Shown: positions 46,468 through 56,665 of the stretch, piece by piece | Position numbering within the stretch: position 1 is the stretch's first letter | Layout of the letters: each line of letters opens with the position of its first letter | DNA from: an uncultured Spirochaetales bacterium | GTDB taxonomy: Bacteria > Spirochaetota > Spirochaetia > SZUA-6 | DNA: 64,000 nucleotides | Direction: 5' to 3' | NCBI GenBank assembly: GCA_964596425.1 | Contig: CAZQTC010000023.1 | Span: 69,367-133,366, forward strand | Translations under genes and position numbers: made by a program | Notes under the pieces: model-generated | Database searches by the model: none | Told to the model about the DNA's origin: nothing | Seen by the model: only the letters and a program-made list of their open reading frames with translations

Positions 46468-47802
46468 ATGGAAAAAACAGCTACGAGATTTTTTGCGTCT
46501 AGAGGTTTCCGTGAAGTTTCGGGGATTGGGGGGACGTACATTCCCCCTTCGGATAAGTCCATCACTCATAGGGCAATTATGCTCGCCTCTGTAGCAGAGG
46601 GATGGTGTGAAGTGATTAATCCCCTGTATACAGGGGACTGCCTCTCTACATTGGGATGCGTGGAAGCTCTCGGAATTGAAATCGAGAAGATGGAGAGAAA
46701 TGACAAACGAGTTTTGAGGATATTGGGCAAAGGGCTTCATGGCTTTAAGGAGCCAGTTGGGGTGCTTGATGCTGGAAACTCGGGGACAACGATGCGTCTT
46801 CTCTCCGGACTTTTGGCGGGGCTTCCTCTGTATGCGGTAATAACGGGTGATTCCTCACTTTTGCGACGACCGATGTCCAGGGTTGTTTCTCCATTGAGAA
46901 GCATGGGGGCAAGAATAGAGGGAAGGGAGGGGGGAAGGTTTGCGCCTCTCACTTTTCTACCGGGTGATGGGTTACTGGAACCCATTGAGTATGATCTCCC
47001 AATAGCCAGTGCCCAGGTTAAGAGCGCAGTTCTCTTGGCTGCTTTGAGGAGTAAAGGAATTGTAGTTGTTAAGGGTCTAATAAACTCAAGAGATCATACA
47101 GAGCGTCTGTTTAAGGCTCTGGATTTACCTATTGAAGTAGAGGAAGAAAAAATAATTTTACAACCTGTCTCCGAAATCCCCCCCTTTAAGGTAGAGGTTC
47201 CTGGAGACATATCCTCTGCGGCATTTTTTATTGCCGGGGCGTTGCTATCGGGAAGAGAATTGACTGTTAAAAATTGTGGTATTAATCCTACTAGAATGGG
47301 GTTTGTCAATGTACTTAAAAAGATGGGGGCTAGTATTGAGATTGTTTTGGAGAAGGAGGAGATGGGAGAACCTGTTGGTACTATTACGGTTAGTCCTTCA
47401 AATTTGAGAGGGGTTGAGATAGGAAAAGAAGAAATTCCCTCTTTAATCGATGAAATTCCCCTTCTTGTGGCAGTGGCTCTGTTTGCCGATGGGAAAACGG
47501 TGATAAGGGGAGCGGAGGATTTAAAACATAAGGAGAGTAATAGATTACTCACCACAAAGGAAATGATTGAAGACCTTGGGGGAGTTGTGCACTTGCTTGA
47601 GGATGGTTTTATTGTTGAGGGACCTCAGGATTTAAAGACTGGTACGATTGACTGCAAGGGGGATCACAGAATCGCCATGGCCGGAGCCATTTTGGGTTCT
47701 GTGGTAGAGGGAGGGGTAAATATTGTTGGCTTTGAGGCTGCTAAAGTTTCCTATCCATCCTTTGTCTCGGATTTTATTGCACTTGGCGGTGCTATTGATT
47801 GA
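46468..47802 (+). CDS. aroA: 3-phosphoshikimate 1-carboxyvinyltransferase (EPSP synthase), class II-like.
   Basis: Motifs 'PPSDKSITHR', 'LDAGNSGTTMRLL', 'LRRPMSR' and 'GDHRIAMAGA'. Confidence 0.85.
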   Translation: MEKTATRFFASRGFREVSGIGGTYIPPSDKSITHRAIMLASVAEGWCEVINPLYTGDCLSTLGCVEALGIEIEKMERNDKRVLRILGKGLHGFKEPVGVLDAGNSGTTMRLLSGLLAGLPLYAVITGDSSLLRRPMSRVVSPLRSMGARIEGREGGRFAPLTFLPGDGLLEPIEYDLPIASAQVKSAVLLAALRSKGIVVVKGLINSRDHTERLFKALDLPIEVEEEKIILQPVSEIPPFKVEVPGDISSAAFFIAGALLSGRELTVKNCGINPTRMGFVNVLKKMGASIEIVLEKEEMGEPVGTITVSPSNLRGVEIGKEEIPSLIDEIPLLVAVALFADGKTVIRGAEDLKHKESNRLLTTKEMIEDLGGVVHLLEDGFIVEGPQDLKTGTIDCKGDHRIAMAGAILGSVVEGGVNIVGFEAAKVSYPSFVSDFIALGGAID

Positions 47803-47862
47803 AGTTGTTGAATAATTTTTTCATTGGTTTTTGTTGAAAGCGAATATTTTTTTGTTTATATC

Positions 47863-47894
47863 TTTTCAAATAGTGTAAAAATATACTATAATCT
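47863..47894 (+). promoter_or_regulatory. Candidate sigma70-type promoter ahead of the second EPSPS paralogue.
   Basis: TTCAAA, a 16-nt spacer, then TATAAT, within the 122-bp AT-rich gap between the two aroA-like genes. Confidence 0.3.
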
Positions 47895-47924
47895 CATCCA
47901 TTAATCTGTTTCTGTAATAGGGGT

Positions 47925-49244
47925 TTGAGAGGAACGATATTTCTGTTAAGGAGGTGCGTTATAAAATTTATTGTAGAGCCCTCGAATCTTAAAGGAGAGG
48001 CGAGAATTCCTGGTTCAAAATCAAATACAACTCGTGCCGTTGTTATAGCGAGTCTTGCAGAGGGAAGATCTGTTATAAAGAATCCTCTTCCCTCTGCTGA
48101 TTGTCTCTCTACCGTAGAGGTTTACAAACGATACGGGGCTCGTGTTCTCTCGCTGGGGAAGGAGTGGATTATTGAGGGAAGTTACGAGAATCCGAAATTA
48201 CCCGATGATGTTTTAAATACAGGGAATTCGGGGACTACTACCTATATAGCGATAGGAACGGCAGGACTAATCGAGGGTTATACCGTTATAACGGGGGATC
48301 ATCAGATAAGAAGAAGACCCTCTGGTCCGCTTCTTAAGGCGATAGAGGATTTGGGGGGAGAGGCTATATCTGTAAAGGGAGACGGATCGCAACCTGTTGT
48401 AATAAAGGGAAAAATTAAGGGTGGTCGGGTGTATCTGCCGGGTGTGAATTCCCAGTGGCTTACCCCGTTACTAATTAATACTCCTCTTGCTGATGGGAAC
48501 ACAGAGATATATGTGGATAATCTGCAGGAACGGCCGTATATAAAAATGACTCTTGGATGGCTTAGACGATGTGGAATTGAATACGAAGAAGAAAATATGG
48601 AGAGATTTTTCCTTAAGGGAGGACAGAAATACAGGAACTTTGAGTATGAGATTCCCTCGGATTGGGAATCTGCGTGTTTCCCTATAGTTGCCGCTGCGAT
48701 AACGGATTCTGATATTACTCTCCACGGACTTGATTTGAATGATTACCAGGGTGATAAGGCTATCATTTCGATTTTACAGGCTATGGGGGCTGATATAGAC
48801 ACCAACTACGGAGGTGGTATAAGGATAAGGGGTGGGAAAACCCTCCATGGGATTGAGATAGATTGTGGAGATACCCCGGATGCCCCACCGATTCTTGCAG
48901 TTCTTGGAACTCAGGCAGAGGGGAAAACTATACTAAATAATCTCGGGGCCTCGAGGTTAAAGGAAACTGATAGGGCAAGGTCTATAGCAGAGGAACTTAG
49001 AAAGATGGGAGCTAAAATAGAAGAGTATGAGGATAGTATGGTAATATACAGGTCGGATTTGGTAGGAGCGAGGATTAATGGACATACCGATCATCGAATA
49101 GTGATGGCCATGACGGTTGCGGGTTTTGTTGCTAAGGGGAATACGATAGTGGATGACGCGGAGTATGTTAAAATTTCTTTCCCGAATTTTTATGAGCTTA
49201 TGAGTTCACTTGGAGCCAAAATTGAAAGGGTTTCCGAGGTATGA
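47925..49244 (+). CDS. EPSP-synthase-family enolpyruvyl transferase paralogue (class I-like N-terminus, atypical PEP-site loop).
   Basis: Carries 'IPGSKSNTTRAVVIASLA', 'IRRRPSGPLL' and 'TDHRIVMAMTVAG'. It has 'NTGNSGTTTYIAIG' in place of the usual NAGTAMRPL. The start is uncertain: a TTG at 47925, with an SD at 47949. Confidence 0.65.
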   Translation: MRGTIFLLRRCVIKFIVEPSNLKGEARIPGSKSNTTRAVVIASLAEGRSVIKNPLPSADCLSTVEVYKRYGARVLSLGKEWIIEGSYENPKLPDDVLNTGNSGTTTYIAIGTAGLIEGYTVITGDHQIRRRPSGPLLKAIEDLGGEAISVKGDGSQPVVIKGKIKGGRVYLPGVNSQWLTPLLINTPLADGNTEIYVDNLQERPYIKMTLGWLRRCGIEYEEENMERFFLKGGQKYRNFEYEIPSDWESACFPIVAAAITDSDITLHGLDLNDYQGDKAIISILQAMGADIDTNYGGGIRIRGGKTLHGIEIDCGDTPDAPPILAVLGTQAEGKTILNNLGASRLKETDRARSIAEELRKMGAKIEEYEDSMVIYRSDLVGARINGHTDHRIVMAMTVAGFVAKGNTIVDDAEYVKISFPNFYELMSSLGAKIERVSEV

Positions 49245-49335
49245 GTGAGTATGAGCAAGTTTTTCAAAAGTTTGATATGTTTATAAAAATGATTACGAAA
49301 TAAATAAAACATAAAAATAAAAAAGGAGGTTTTTT

Positions 49336-50307
49336 ATGCGTAAATTTTTTATTTGGTTCATTGTAGTTGCGTTTGCCCTTACAAGCGTGAGTGCTTTTGG
49401 TGAAAGGCGTTTCCGTATTGCAACTGCAGGCACCTCGGGGGCTCTTTACCCAATGGGTGTTTTAATGGCTGAGACGATTAATAAGCATCAGTCGGAGTTT
49501 AAGGCGTCTGCCGAATCCTCTGCCGGTTCTCTGGCTAATATCAGGAATCTGAGTAGGGGAAAGGTTGAATGGGGAATTGCACAAAACGATATAGCGTGGT
49601 TTGCGTATAACGGTAAGGGACCCTTTAGGGGTAAAAAAATCGATACGCTTCGTTCTCTATTTGGAACACTTTCGGGATGGTTACAGATTTTTGTTCCTGC
49701 CAATAGTTCGATTCGTTCCATAAGAGATTTTAGGGGCAAGAGAGTAAGTGTTGGAGCGGCAGGAAGTGGCGGAGAAATAGATGCTCGACTTATTCTCGAA
49801 CATTACGGGATCACCTACAAGGATATTAAGCCCTACTTTTTGCGTGAAAAGGACGCAGTTGCGGCTTTGAAAGACGGAACGATAGATGCGTTAATAGCAA
49901 CGCACCCTCTGAAATCGGCGGCTTTTCTGGATCTTACCACTTCGTTCAATGTGAGGATGATATCCCTCACCGATGATAGTCTCTATAAAAAATTTCCGTT
50001 TTTTACCAAGAGTGTAATTCCTCCCGGAACTTATAGGGGGGTTGATTATCCCGTTACTACAGCCTCAATAGTTGTTTTTATGTATACCACCACTAAGGCA
50101 GGTTTTTCCACGGATGATATTTACAAGTTGTTAACGGTTATTTTTGATAACCGGGATGAGTGGAAGGATGCCCATGCCGCTGTAAATAGGAGTGTCAAAT
50201 TAGAAAACGCTCTTAAAGGGGCTGCTATTCCGTTGCATCCGGGCGCGATAAAGTTTTTTAAGGAGAGAGGATTTACTATTCCCTCCTATTTATATCCTCC
50301 GAATTAA
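49336..50307 (+). CDS. TAXI-family TRAP transporter solute-binding protein.
   Basis: A signal peptide plus the Imp/TAXI family fold pattern. It is followed by a fused TRAP permease. Strong SD. Confidence 0.75.
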   Translation: MRKFFIWFIVVAFALTSVSAFGERRFRIATAGTSGALYPMGVLMAETINKHQSEFKASAESSAGSLANIRNLSRGKVEWGIAQNDIAWFAYNGKGPFRGKKIDTLRSLFGTLSGWLQIFVPANSSIRSIRDFRGKRVSVGAAGSGGEIDARLILEHYGITYKDIKPYFLREKDAVAALKDGTIDALIATHPLKSAAFLDLTTSFNVRMISLTDDSLYKKFPFFTKSVIPPGTYRGVDYPVTTASIVVFMYTTTKAGFSTDDIYKLLTVIFDNRDEWKDAHAAVNRSVKLENALKGAAIPLHPGAIKFFKERGFTIPSYLYPPN

Positions 50308-50429
50308 TTTTGAGATAGAGATTTTAAAGTTGCGGGGTGGGTTCTCCTTTCCGGTATTAGTTGTATGTATGAATGATAAAATGCCGGTTTATCCTACCCC
50401 GTATTGTTAATATTTTTAGGTACTGGTTT

Positions 50430-52307
50430 ATGCGAAGGGTGATTAATTATTCGGTTGGTACAATAGCGGTAGCTACATCTCTCTTTTATCTCTACACTGC
50501 AATGTATGGAGCTCTATCTCCCCTTCAACAGAGAGGAATACTCCTATTTGCCACTCTTTCAATAGGCTTTGTTATGTATTCTATAAAGGGGAAGAAAAGA
50601 GAGGAGAGTGAAACACCACCTGTTTACGATATTGTAATTGGATTGCTGATTGTAGGGGCTGGTATCTATTTCTTTTTTGCTGTAATGCCGGACAAGATTC
50701 TTAATAGGGGGGTTTGGGGTCCCACCAATTTTGAATTAATCTTCGGAGTGGTTATAACCGTAGTGATTTTAGAATTAACACGACGTAGCGTGGGAATGCC
50801 AATTGTAATAGTGGCACTTCTGTTTTTGGGATACGCAATATTTGGTCCGTATCTTCCCGGAGATCTTAATCATAAGGGATATACAGTTTTTGATCTCTCC
50901 GAGGCTCTGTTCTGGACAACTGAGGGTGTTTTTAGTATCCCTCTGGGGGCATGTGCCACGTTCGTTATTGTGTTTATTGTCTTCGGGGCGTTTCTTGATA
51001 AGCTGGGCGGTGGGGAATTTTTTATTAAACTTGCCTATTCTGCCGCAGGGCACGTAAGAGGTGGACCGGCTCTTACCTCTGTTGTTTCAAGTGCCCTTAT
51101 GGGGATGATTTCTGGCTCCTCTGTGAGCAATGTGGTGACCACTGGTGCGTTTACCATACCTCTTATGAAGAAAACAGGCTATAAACCATTGTTCGCAGCG
51201 GCTGTGGAGGCGGTTTCGTCAACGGGGGGACAGTTCATGCCTCCTGTTATGGGGGTTGCTGCCTTTGTTATGGCAGATATGACAGATATTCCCTATTGGA
51301 ATATCGCTGTGGCAGCCTTTATTCCTGCATTTCTATATTTCTTGTCTATTGGAGTGATGGTGTATCTGGAGGCCGGTAAGGAGGGGCTATCCGGGATCCC
51401 TAAGTCAGAGACACCTGATTTTTGGAAGACCCTGTTTGAGGGTTTATACCTGATAATCCCTATTTTTGTTCTTGTCTACTTTCTTATGGTGGAAAAATCG
51501 AGTCCCTCCAAAGCGGGTATATATACCGTAATTACGGTGGTTGTGGTGGGAATAGTTGAGAGGTACGTAAAGGCTAGATATATCCCCTGGAGAGAGATTT
51601 TGGAGGGGCTTAAGGCCGGAACGAAGATAATGGTTCCTGTTGTTGCTGCATCCGCTACAGCAGGGCTTGTGATAGGAATTGTTTCTCTTACAGGTCTTGG
51701 GGTATGGTTCTCTAAGGTTATAATTCAGATTGCACATGGCAAGCTTTTGGGAACGCTGATCTTATCTATGATAGCGTGTATAATTTTGGGTATGGGGGTG
51801 CCGACTACTGCTGCTTATATTATTACTACAATCCTTACCGTACCTGTTATTATAAAGCTCGGTGTTGGGCTTCTTCCTGCAAATCTGTTTGTTCTGTACT
51901 TTGCAGTTCTTTCGTTTATTACTCCCCCGGTTGCTCTTTCCGCCTATGCGGCAAGTGGTATTGCAGGAACAAATGCAATGAAAACCGGTTACCTTGCGTG
52001 GAAATTAGGGCTTGCAGGCTTTTTTGTGCCGTTTATGTTTGTCTTTAATCCCGCTCTCCTCCTCCAGGGTGGTGTGGTTAGTATTGTGTACTCTTTTATT
52101 ATAGCGGCTGTCGGAATAATCTTCCTTGCAATTGCTCTGGAGGGGTGGTTCATTGTGAAAATTTCTTATCCTGCCAGGATTGTAATCCTCTTATTGATAC
52201 TTTTGCTTGTTAAACCTAATCTGGTACTCAACCTTTCGGTGCTTGGTGTTGCAGGTTTGATACTGTTTATCAGTGTGAGGTTTAACAAGAGACGGGCAAC
52301 TGTGTAG
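50430..52307 (+). CDS. TRAP transporter fused permease (TAXI type).
   Basis: An integral membrane protein with more than 15 TM helices directly downstream of the TAXI SBP. The start could be as early as 50373. Confidence 0.75.
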   Translation: MRRVINYSVGTIAVATSLFYLYTAMYGALSPLQQRGILLFATLSIGFVMYSIKGKKREESETPPVYDIVIGLLIVGAGIYFFFAVMPDKILNRGVWGPTNFELIFGVVITVVILELTRRSVGMPIVIVALLFLGYAIFGPYLPGDLNHKGYTVFDLSEALFWTTEGVFSIPLGACATFVIVFIVFGAFLDKLGGGEFFIKLAYSAAGHVRGGPALTSVVSSALMGMISGSSVSNVVTTGAFTIPLMKKTGYKPLFAAAVEAVSSTGGQFMPPVMGVAAFVMADMTDIPYWNIAVAAFIPAFLYFLSIGVMVYLEAGKEGLSGIPKSETPDFWKTLFEGLYLIIPIFVLVYFLMVEKSSPSKAGIYTVITVVVVGIVERYVKARYIPWREILEGLKAGTKIMVPVVAASATAGLVIGIVSLTGLGVWFSKVIIQIAHGKLLGTLILSMIACIILGMGVPTTAAYIITTILTVPVIIKLGVGLLPANLFVLYFAVLSFITPPVALSAYAASGIAGTNAMKTGYLAWKLGLAGFFVPFMFVFNPALLLQGGVVSIVYSFIIAAVGIIFLAIALEGWFIVKISYPARIVILLLILLLVKPNLVLNLSVLGVAGLILFISVRFNKRRATV

Positions 52308-52321
52308 TATCTAAAGTGCCT

Positions 52322-52930
52322 TTACGGACCGAGCATTGTGGTAAGACTTAGGGTAAACCCGTATGCCAATGGTTCTACCAGTGTAAAATTGGTACCTACA
52401 GCTAAGTGCGGGGTAATATAGTAACGGCTTCCTACAGACAGTGTAAAAAGTTGGAATCCATAGTACGGTATTGAATATGATGCATAGATTTCTAGGGGGA
52501 AAGGAAAGTAATAGGAAAGACCCAAACCCTCGTAGAGGAGAAACCCTTCAATGTCACCCGTATACCAGCATGGTGCGGCGTAGAGAGAAAGGTGGAATGG
52601 TGATTCATAATCAAAGGGATCCCATTTAATCGGTAGAGCTATTGCGCTTGATGTTATATTACTCAGTATACCCGTAGTGTTGGTGAAATAAAAAAAGGGT
52701 AACACTCCAATCTCGAAATGTTTCCCGAGACTATGTCCCGCATAGAAATAGGCGGCGGATCCTGGTGGGGTTTGTTCAAATGGGTTCATGATACTAAAGG
52801 CGCCTTCAAAGGTCCATGAGTTAGGTTTTATCCGTTTGGCAAGAGGAGCTCCAATTGTCATTAAACATCCGGACAGTAAGAGTACACTGACTATAACGTG
52901 GAGAGAGAGAACCGCGGTTTTTTTTGACAT
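52322..52930 (-). CDS. Hypothetical lipoprotein or small outer-membrane protein.
   Basis: Signal peptide with lipobox 'LLLSGC'. Aromatic-rich, beta-like C-terminal half. Confidence 0.45.
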   Translation of the reverse strand: MSKKTAVLSLHVIVSVLLLSGCLMTIGAPLAKRIKPNSWTFEGAFSIMNPFEQTPPGSAAYFYAGHSLGKHFEIGVLPFFYFTNTTGILSNITSSAIALPIKWDPFDYESPFHLSLYAAPCWYTGDIEGFLLYEGLGLSYYFPFPLEIYASYSIPYYGFQLFTLSVGSRYYITPHLAVGTNFTLVEPLAYGFTLSLTTMLGP

Positions 52931-53060
52931 ATCGTTCTCCTTTTGGTTATTTGATTTGTGTAATTTTTTTCTAGGTATAATTATACCTCTTTCTTAAAGT
53001 ATTTTAAATGCTTTGAGGTTAATGTTGACATACTGGGTATAGTTTCAGCATTATTGAAAT

Positions 53061-54071
53061 ATGAGAGTTGAGCGAGATCTGTTTGGGATGGTAAATGACA
53101 GAGAGATTTATAGGTATACCCTTAAAAATGATAGGGGTATTAGTGTATCGATTATAAATTATGGGGGAATAGTTACGGATCTGTGGGTTCCGGGTTTCGA
53201 TGGAAAACCTGTAGATGTAGTGTTGGGCTTTGATAGTCTGGAGGAGTATGTTAGTGATACGGCGTATATTGGGGCACTGGTAGGCCGTTTTGCCAATAGG
53301 ATCAGGGAAGGGAAATTTGTTCTTGAGGGCGAGGAGTATACGCTGAATCGTAACGAGAGGGGGAAACATCATATTCATGGTGGTTTCCATGGGTTTAATA
53401 GGGTGATTTGGGGGGCGAGAGAGTGGAAAGACGATTATATCTGCGGGTTAAGACTTGAGTATCTGAGCAGAGATGGAGAGGAGGGGTATCCCGGGAATTT
53501 GTCGGTAAAGGTTTCGTATATTTTAACCGAACGAAATGAGTTTGTGATAGAGTATCTGGCTGAGACTGATAGGCCGACTCCTGTTAATCTCACAAATCAC
53601 ACCTATTGGAATCTAAACGGTAGGGATAATGGCAAAATATACAATCACATTTTGGAATTGCGATGTGCAAGTTATCTCGAAGTAGATAAGGATTTGATTC
53701 CCACTGGAGAGATTACCCCTGTGGATGGAACACCAATGGATTTTCGTTTGCCCAGGGGTATTGGGTTTGGCATTAATAGACTTAGAGAGGGTTACGATCA
53801 TTGCTACTTGATATCCTCTTATACCGGAGGGTTAATTCCATTTGCCAGGGTTTTTTCCCCTGTAACAGGAATCTCAATGAGAGTCTCCACTACGATGCCT
53901 GGTGTGCAGTTTTATTCCGGTAACTTTCTGCGGGGAAGGTTTGAAAAGCATTCGGGCTTTTGTCTGGAAACTGAGTTTTATCCGGATTCTCCAAATAGAT
54001 CAGAGTTTCCTTCTTGTGTTCTTAGACCAGGAAACCTTTATAGACACGTTACCATACACAGTTTTGAGTGA
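53061..54071 (+). CDS. galM: Aldose 1-epimerase (galactose mutarotase).
   Basis: 'HIHGGFHGFNRVIW' and 'NLTNHTYWNL' mutarotase motifs. Confidence 0.85.
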   Translation: MRVERDLFGMVNDREIYRYTLKNDRGISVSIINYGGIVTDLWVPGFDGKPVDVVLGFDSLEEYVSDTAYIGALVGRFANRIREGKFVLEGEEYTLNRNERGKHHIHGGFHGFNRVIWGAREWKDDYICGLRLEYLSRDGEEGYPGNLSVKVSYILTERNEFVIEYLAETDRPTPVNLTNHTYWNLNGRDNGKIYNHILELRCASYLEVDKDLIPTGEITPVDGTPMDFRLPRGIGFGINRLREGYDHCYLISSYTGGLIPFARVFSPVTGISMRVSTTMPGVQFYSGNFLRGRFEKHSGFCLETEFYPDSPNRSEFPSCVLRPGNLYRHVTIHSFE

Positions 54072-54072
54072 T

Positions 54073-55548
54073 TTATTCCGTTTCTTCTCCCCCACAGGTG
54101 GAGTTGATATTTCTTATCCGTTTTTCTAGCTGCGTACCTGTCTCTGAATCGCTTGCCGTTATGTATGAGCGAAGGATTGCCTTTTCGTTGGTAGAGACCC
54201 TAAAGTATCCGCTGTACCATTTCTGCGATTGAGTTTTTGTAACGAGATGTCCCTGGAGATCTATGCCGTCCTCTGTTTTCGATTGAATTTTTGCGCCCTC
54301 GCTCTGGAAAAATGTTATAATCGTTTTTAATGCCTCGTCTCTTTCGGCATTATTTGAAAACCTATAGTTTATCTCCCCTGTTGTGAAGCTCTGGCTTTCC
54401 AGTTCCCAAAGTTTGTCCATTAAGTTTGTGTTTTGATAGAATGATTTTAGGAATAATAGAATGGTGAGGAGCGAATTTTCGGCATATGTGGTAATGTTTT
54501 TATAGTTTATTCGATGATAAAAATGGCCGGATTCTTCGATGGCTCCAATGGCGTTTATCTTTTTCATGTACTCCTTTATCTGCGAGTGCCCATTTCGGAA
54601 GGGGCAAGCAGTTATGCCCATTTCCCTCCATATATCAAGTATCATAGGATTTACCTTTGGATCGTATACAACTTTTGGGTTATGCATGTTTTGAGATAGA
54701 TTCTCGCGGGTGAGCATTTCAAGAATTGGTAGAGAGACAGACCCGGCTGTAACTATTCCTCTGGCATCCCCGAATACAAGGCGGTCACCATCTCCATCGG
54801 TACCGATTACTACGGAATTTTTTATTGAGGACGCAGTTTTGATCGCCTCGTTCATTTTGCCTCTACCTATAGGGTTGGGAGATCCCGTTGGAAAACGCCC
54901 GTTGGGTATCAGTTTTAAAGCTCTAATTCTGACTCCTGCTCTGTCCAATGCCATGTAGAGTTCCGGTCCCGCTGCACCGTTGAATGAATCGAGTATCACG
55001 CTAATGCCTTTAAGGGCTTGTTCTCTAACCCCTGCTAGTGAGGCAGAAAATTCTATATATTCTTGCGTTAGGTTTAGAAGTGTAAGTGTGCCTCTGTTAT
55101 TGTGGGCCAATTGCTGTTCACTGTGATATATCTCTCTAATCCTCTTAAATCCCCCATTTGGTCCTGAATTGAGTCCTATGGCCCGTACAGGTGGTACGGT
55201 TATTTTCATGCCGATGTAATTTGCAGGATTATGAGATGCTGTAATGGTAATTCCCATGGTTTGGGGGTATTTTGCCGTAACCCAAAGGGTAAAGAAGTAA
55301 CTCTGAGGTGTGCTTATAGGGCTACAACACACGAAGGTCCTAAAACCACTATTAATCGCTGTTTCTTTGGCAATCTCCATTACCTCAGGAGCGGCTATTC
55401 GTGCATCCTTAGAGATAGTAACGGTGTCTACACCAAGTTCTTTTGCATAGATCAGTGTAGATTCGCATAGCCTTCTGATTTCTCTTTCTGTAAACTCATC
55501 TTCTTCCCATCTGGCATCGTAAATTTTTATTGGATCCTTAAACTTCAT
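54073..55548 (-). CDS. Alpha-D-phosphohexomutase (phosphomannomutase/phosphoglucomutase family).
   Basis: 'TASHNPANYIGMK' active-site Ser loop and 'GTDGDGDR' metal-binding loop. Confidence 0.85.
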   Translation of the reverse strand: MKFKDPIKIYDARWEEDEFTEREIRRLCESTLIYAKELGVDTVTISKDARIAAPEVMEIAKETAINSGFRTFVCCSPISTPQSYFFTLWVTAKYPQTMGITITASHNPANYIGMKITVPPVRAIGLNSGPNGGFKRIREIYHSEQQLAHNNRGTLTLLNLTQEYIEFSASLAGVREQALKGISVILDSFNGAAGPELYMALDRAGVRIRALKLIPNGRFPTGSPNPIGRGKMNEAIKTASSIKNSVVIGTDGDGDRLVFGDARGIVTAGSVSLPILEMLTRENLSQNMHNPKVVYDPKVNPMILDIWREMGITACPFRNGHSQIKEYMKKINAIGAIEESGHFYHRINYKNITTYAENSLLTILLFLKSFYQNTNLMDKLWELESQSFTTGEINYRFSNNAERDEALKTIITFFQSEGAKIQSKTEDGIDLQGHLVTKTQSQKWYSGYFRVSTNEKAILRSYITASDSETGTQLEKRIRNINSTCGGEETE

Positions 55549-56549
55549 ACATTCTCCACTACTTTTTTGAATATTCTTAAAAAATTAAGGCCTATTACCA
55601 TTTTTACCTCTTCCTCACTAAAGTTTGCCAGGGAAAGTGCCTGGATAATTTTATGGGCGTCATAGAGATTGGTGTAACCTGTCATGTTACCGGGGACTCC
55701 ATTTATATCGCTACCTATGCCGAGGTGTTCCGAACCAACCAATTCTTTTAAGTATTTTGCATATTCTATAAAGGTATTGATGTCTCTTATGCCCCATTTA
55801 CCGTCGAAGAAGGGCCACATGCCTATTATCCCATCTGTTGAGGCTATTTTCTCTATAGCCTCGTTGGAGATATAACGTGGATAGTTCTGGATATTCCTTG
55901 GTCCGGTGTGGGAACATATTACCGGTCTGGTGGTTACTTCTATGGCTTCGGTTAGGGTTTTTTCATCTGCGTGGGAGAGATCAATTATAATCCCCAGTTC
56001 GTTGGCTTTTCTTATTACCTCTCTTCCCAATTGGGTGAGACCGGTGTGTGCCGAGTGAGGAAGTTCCCTGTTGCCGAATCCCAGAGCAATGGAGCCAAGT
56101 GAGTTTTTTGAGAAATGCACGGGTACCAATACCCTTACTCCCTCGTTGAATATATATTCTACTCTAGTTAGATCATCCTCTATGAAATCTCCCCCCTCTA
56201 TCCCCAGGACAAAGATCGGTTTGTTGGTTCTAATAGCTCTTTCAAAATCCGCATAGGTCTTAGCCAGTATTCCCCCTGCCGTTCGGATTCTTTCTTTAAT
56301 ATCCTCTATCTGTGATTTGATGAGTTTGAACGGATCCGTTTTAAAGAGCCTGAAGCTGTTTGGATCACCAATAGCGCAAACAACAAAACCATTAACGTTT
56401 GTATTTGGGACTTCTCCTAATTTGATATCTTTGGGAACCCTGCCCAGTCTAATGATTTTGTAAAACCGGGGGAGAAGTTTTTCTTTATGTCCGTGAATGT
56501 CAAAGTAGAAATTCTCTCTTAAAAGTTGTATCGAGGTATTTTCCTCCAT
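55545..56549 (-). CDS. Membrane dipeptidase (peptidase M19 family).
   Basis: 'IIDLSHADEKTL...ICSHTG' metal-binding His/Asp pattern of M19. Confidence 0.7.
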   Translation of the reverse strand: MEENTSIQLLRENFYFDIHGHKEKLLPRFYKIIRLGRVPKDIKLGEVPNTNVNGFVVCAIGDPNSFRLFKTDPFKLIKSQIEDIKERIRTAGGILAKTYADFERAIRTNKPIFVLGIEGGDFIEDDLTRVEYIFNEGVRVLVPVHFSKNSLGSIALGFGNRELPHSAHTGLTQLGREVIRKANELGIIIDLSHADEKTLTEAIEVTTRPVICSHTGPRNIQNYPRYISNEAIEKIASTDGIIGMWPFFDGKWGIRDINTFIEYAKYLKELVGSEHLGIGSDINGVPGNMTGYTNLYDAHKIIQALSLANFSEEEVKMVIGLNFLRIFKKVVENV

Positions 56550-56665
56550 AGTGTGTTGTGGTCTCCTTATTTTTTGATTTTAATTATACTTGGTTAATCG
56601 AATAAATGCTATAATTTGTTGTATATAAATAGCATAGATGGAGTTAAAGGAGGAGGAAACAAGGA

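Noticed and set aside
47925-49244. I considered that the second enolpyruvyl-transferase paralogue is MurA.
   Set aside because: The N-terminal 'PGSKSNTTR' and C-terminal 'DHRIVMAM' are EPSPS-type. There is no MurA-like 'SGAKNAAL' or active-site Cys loop.
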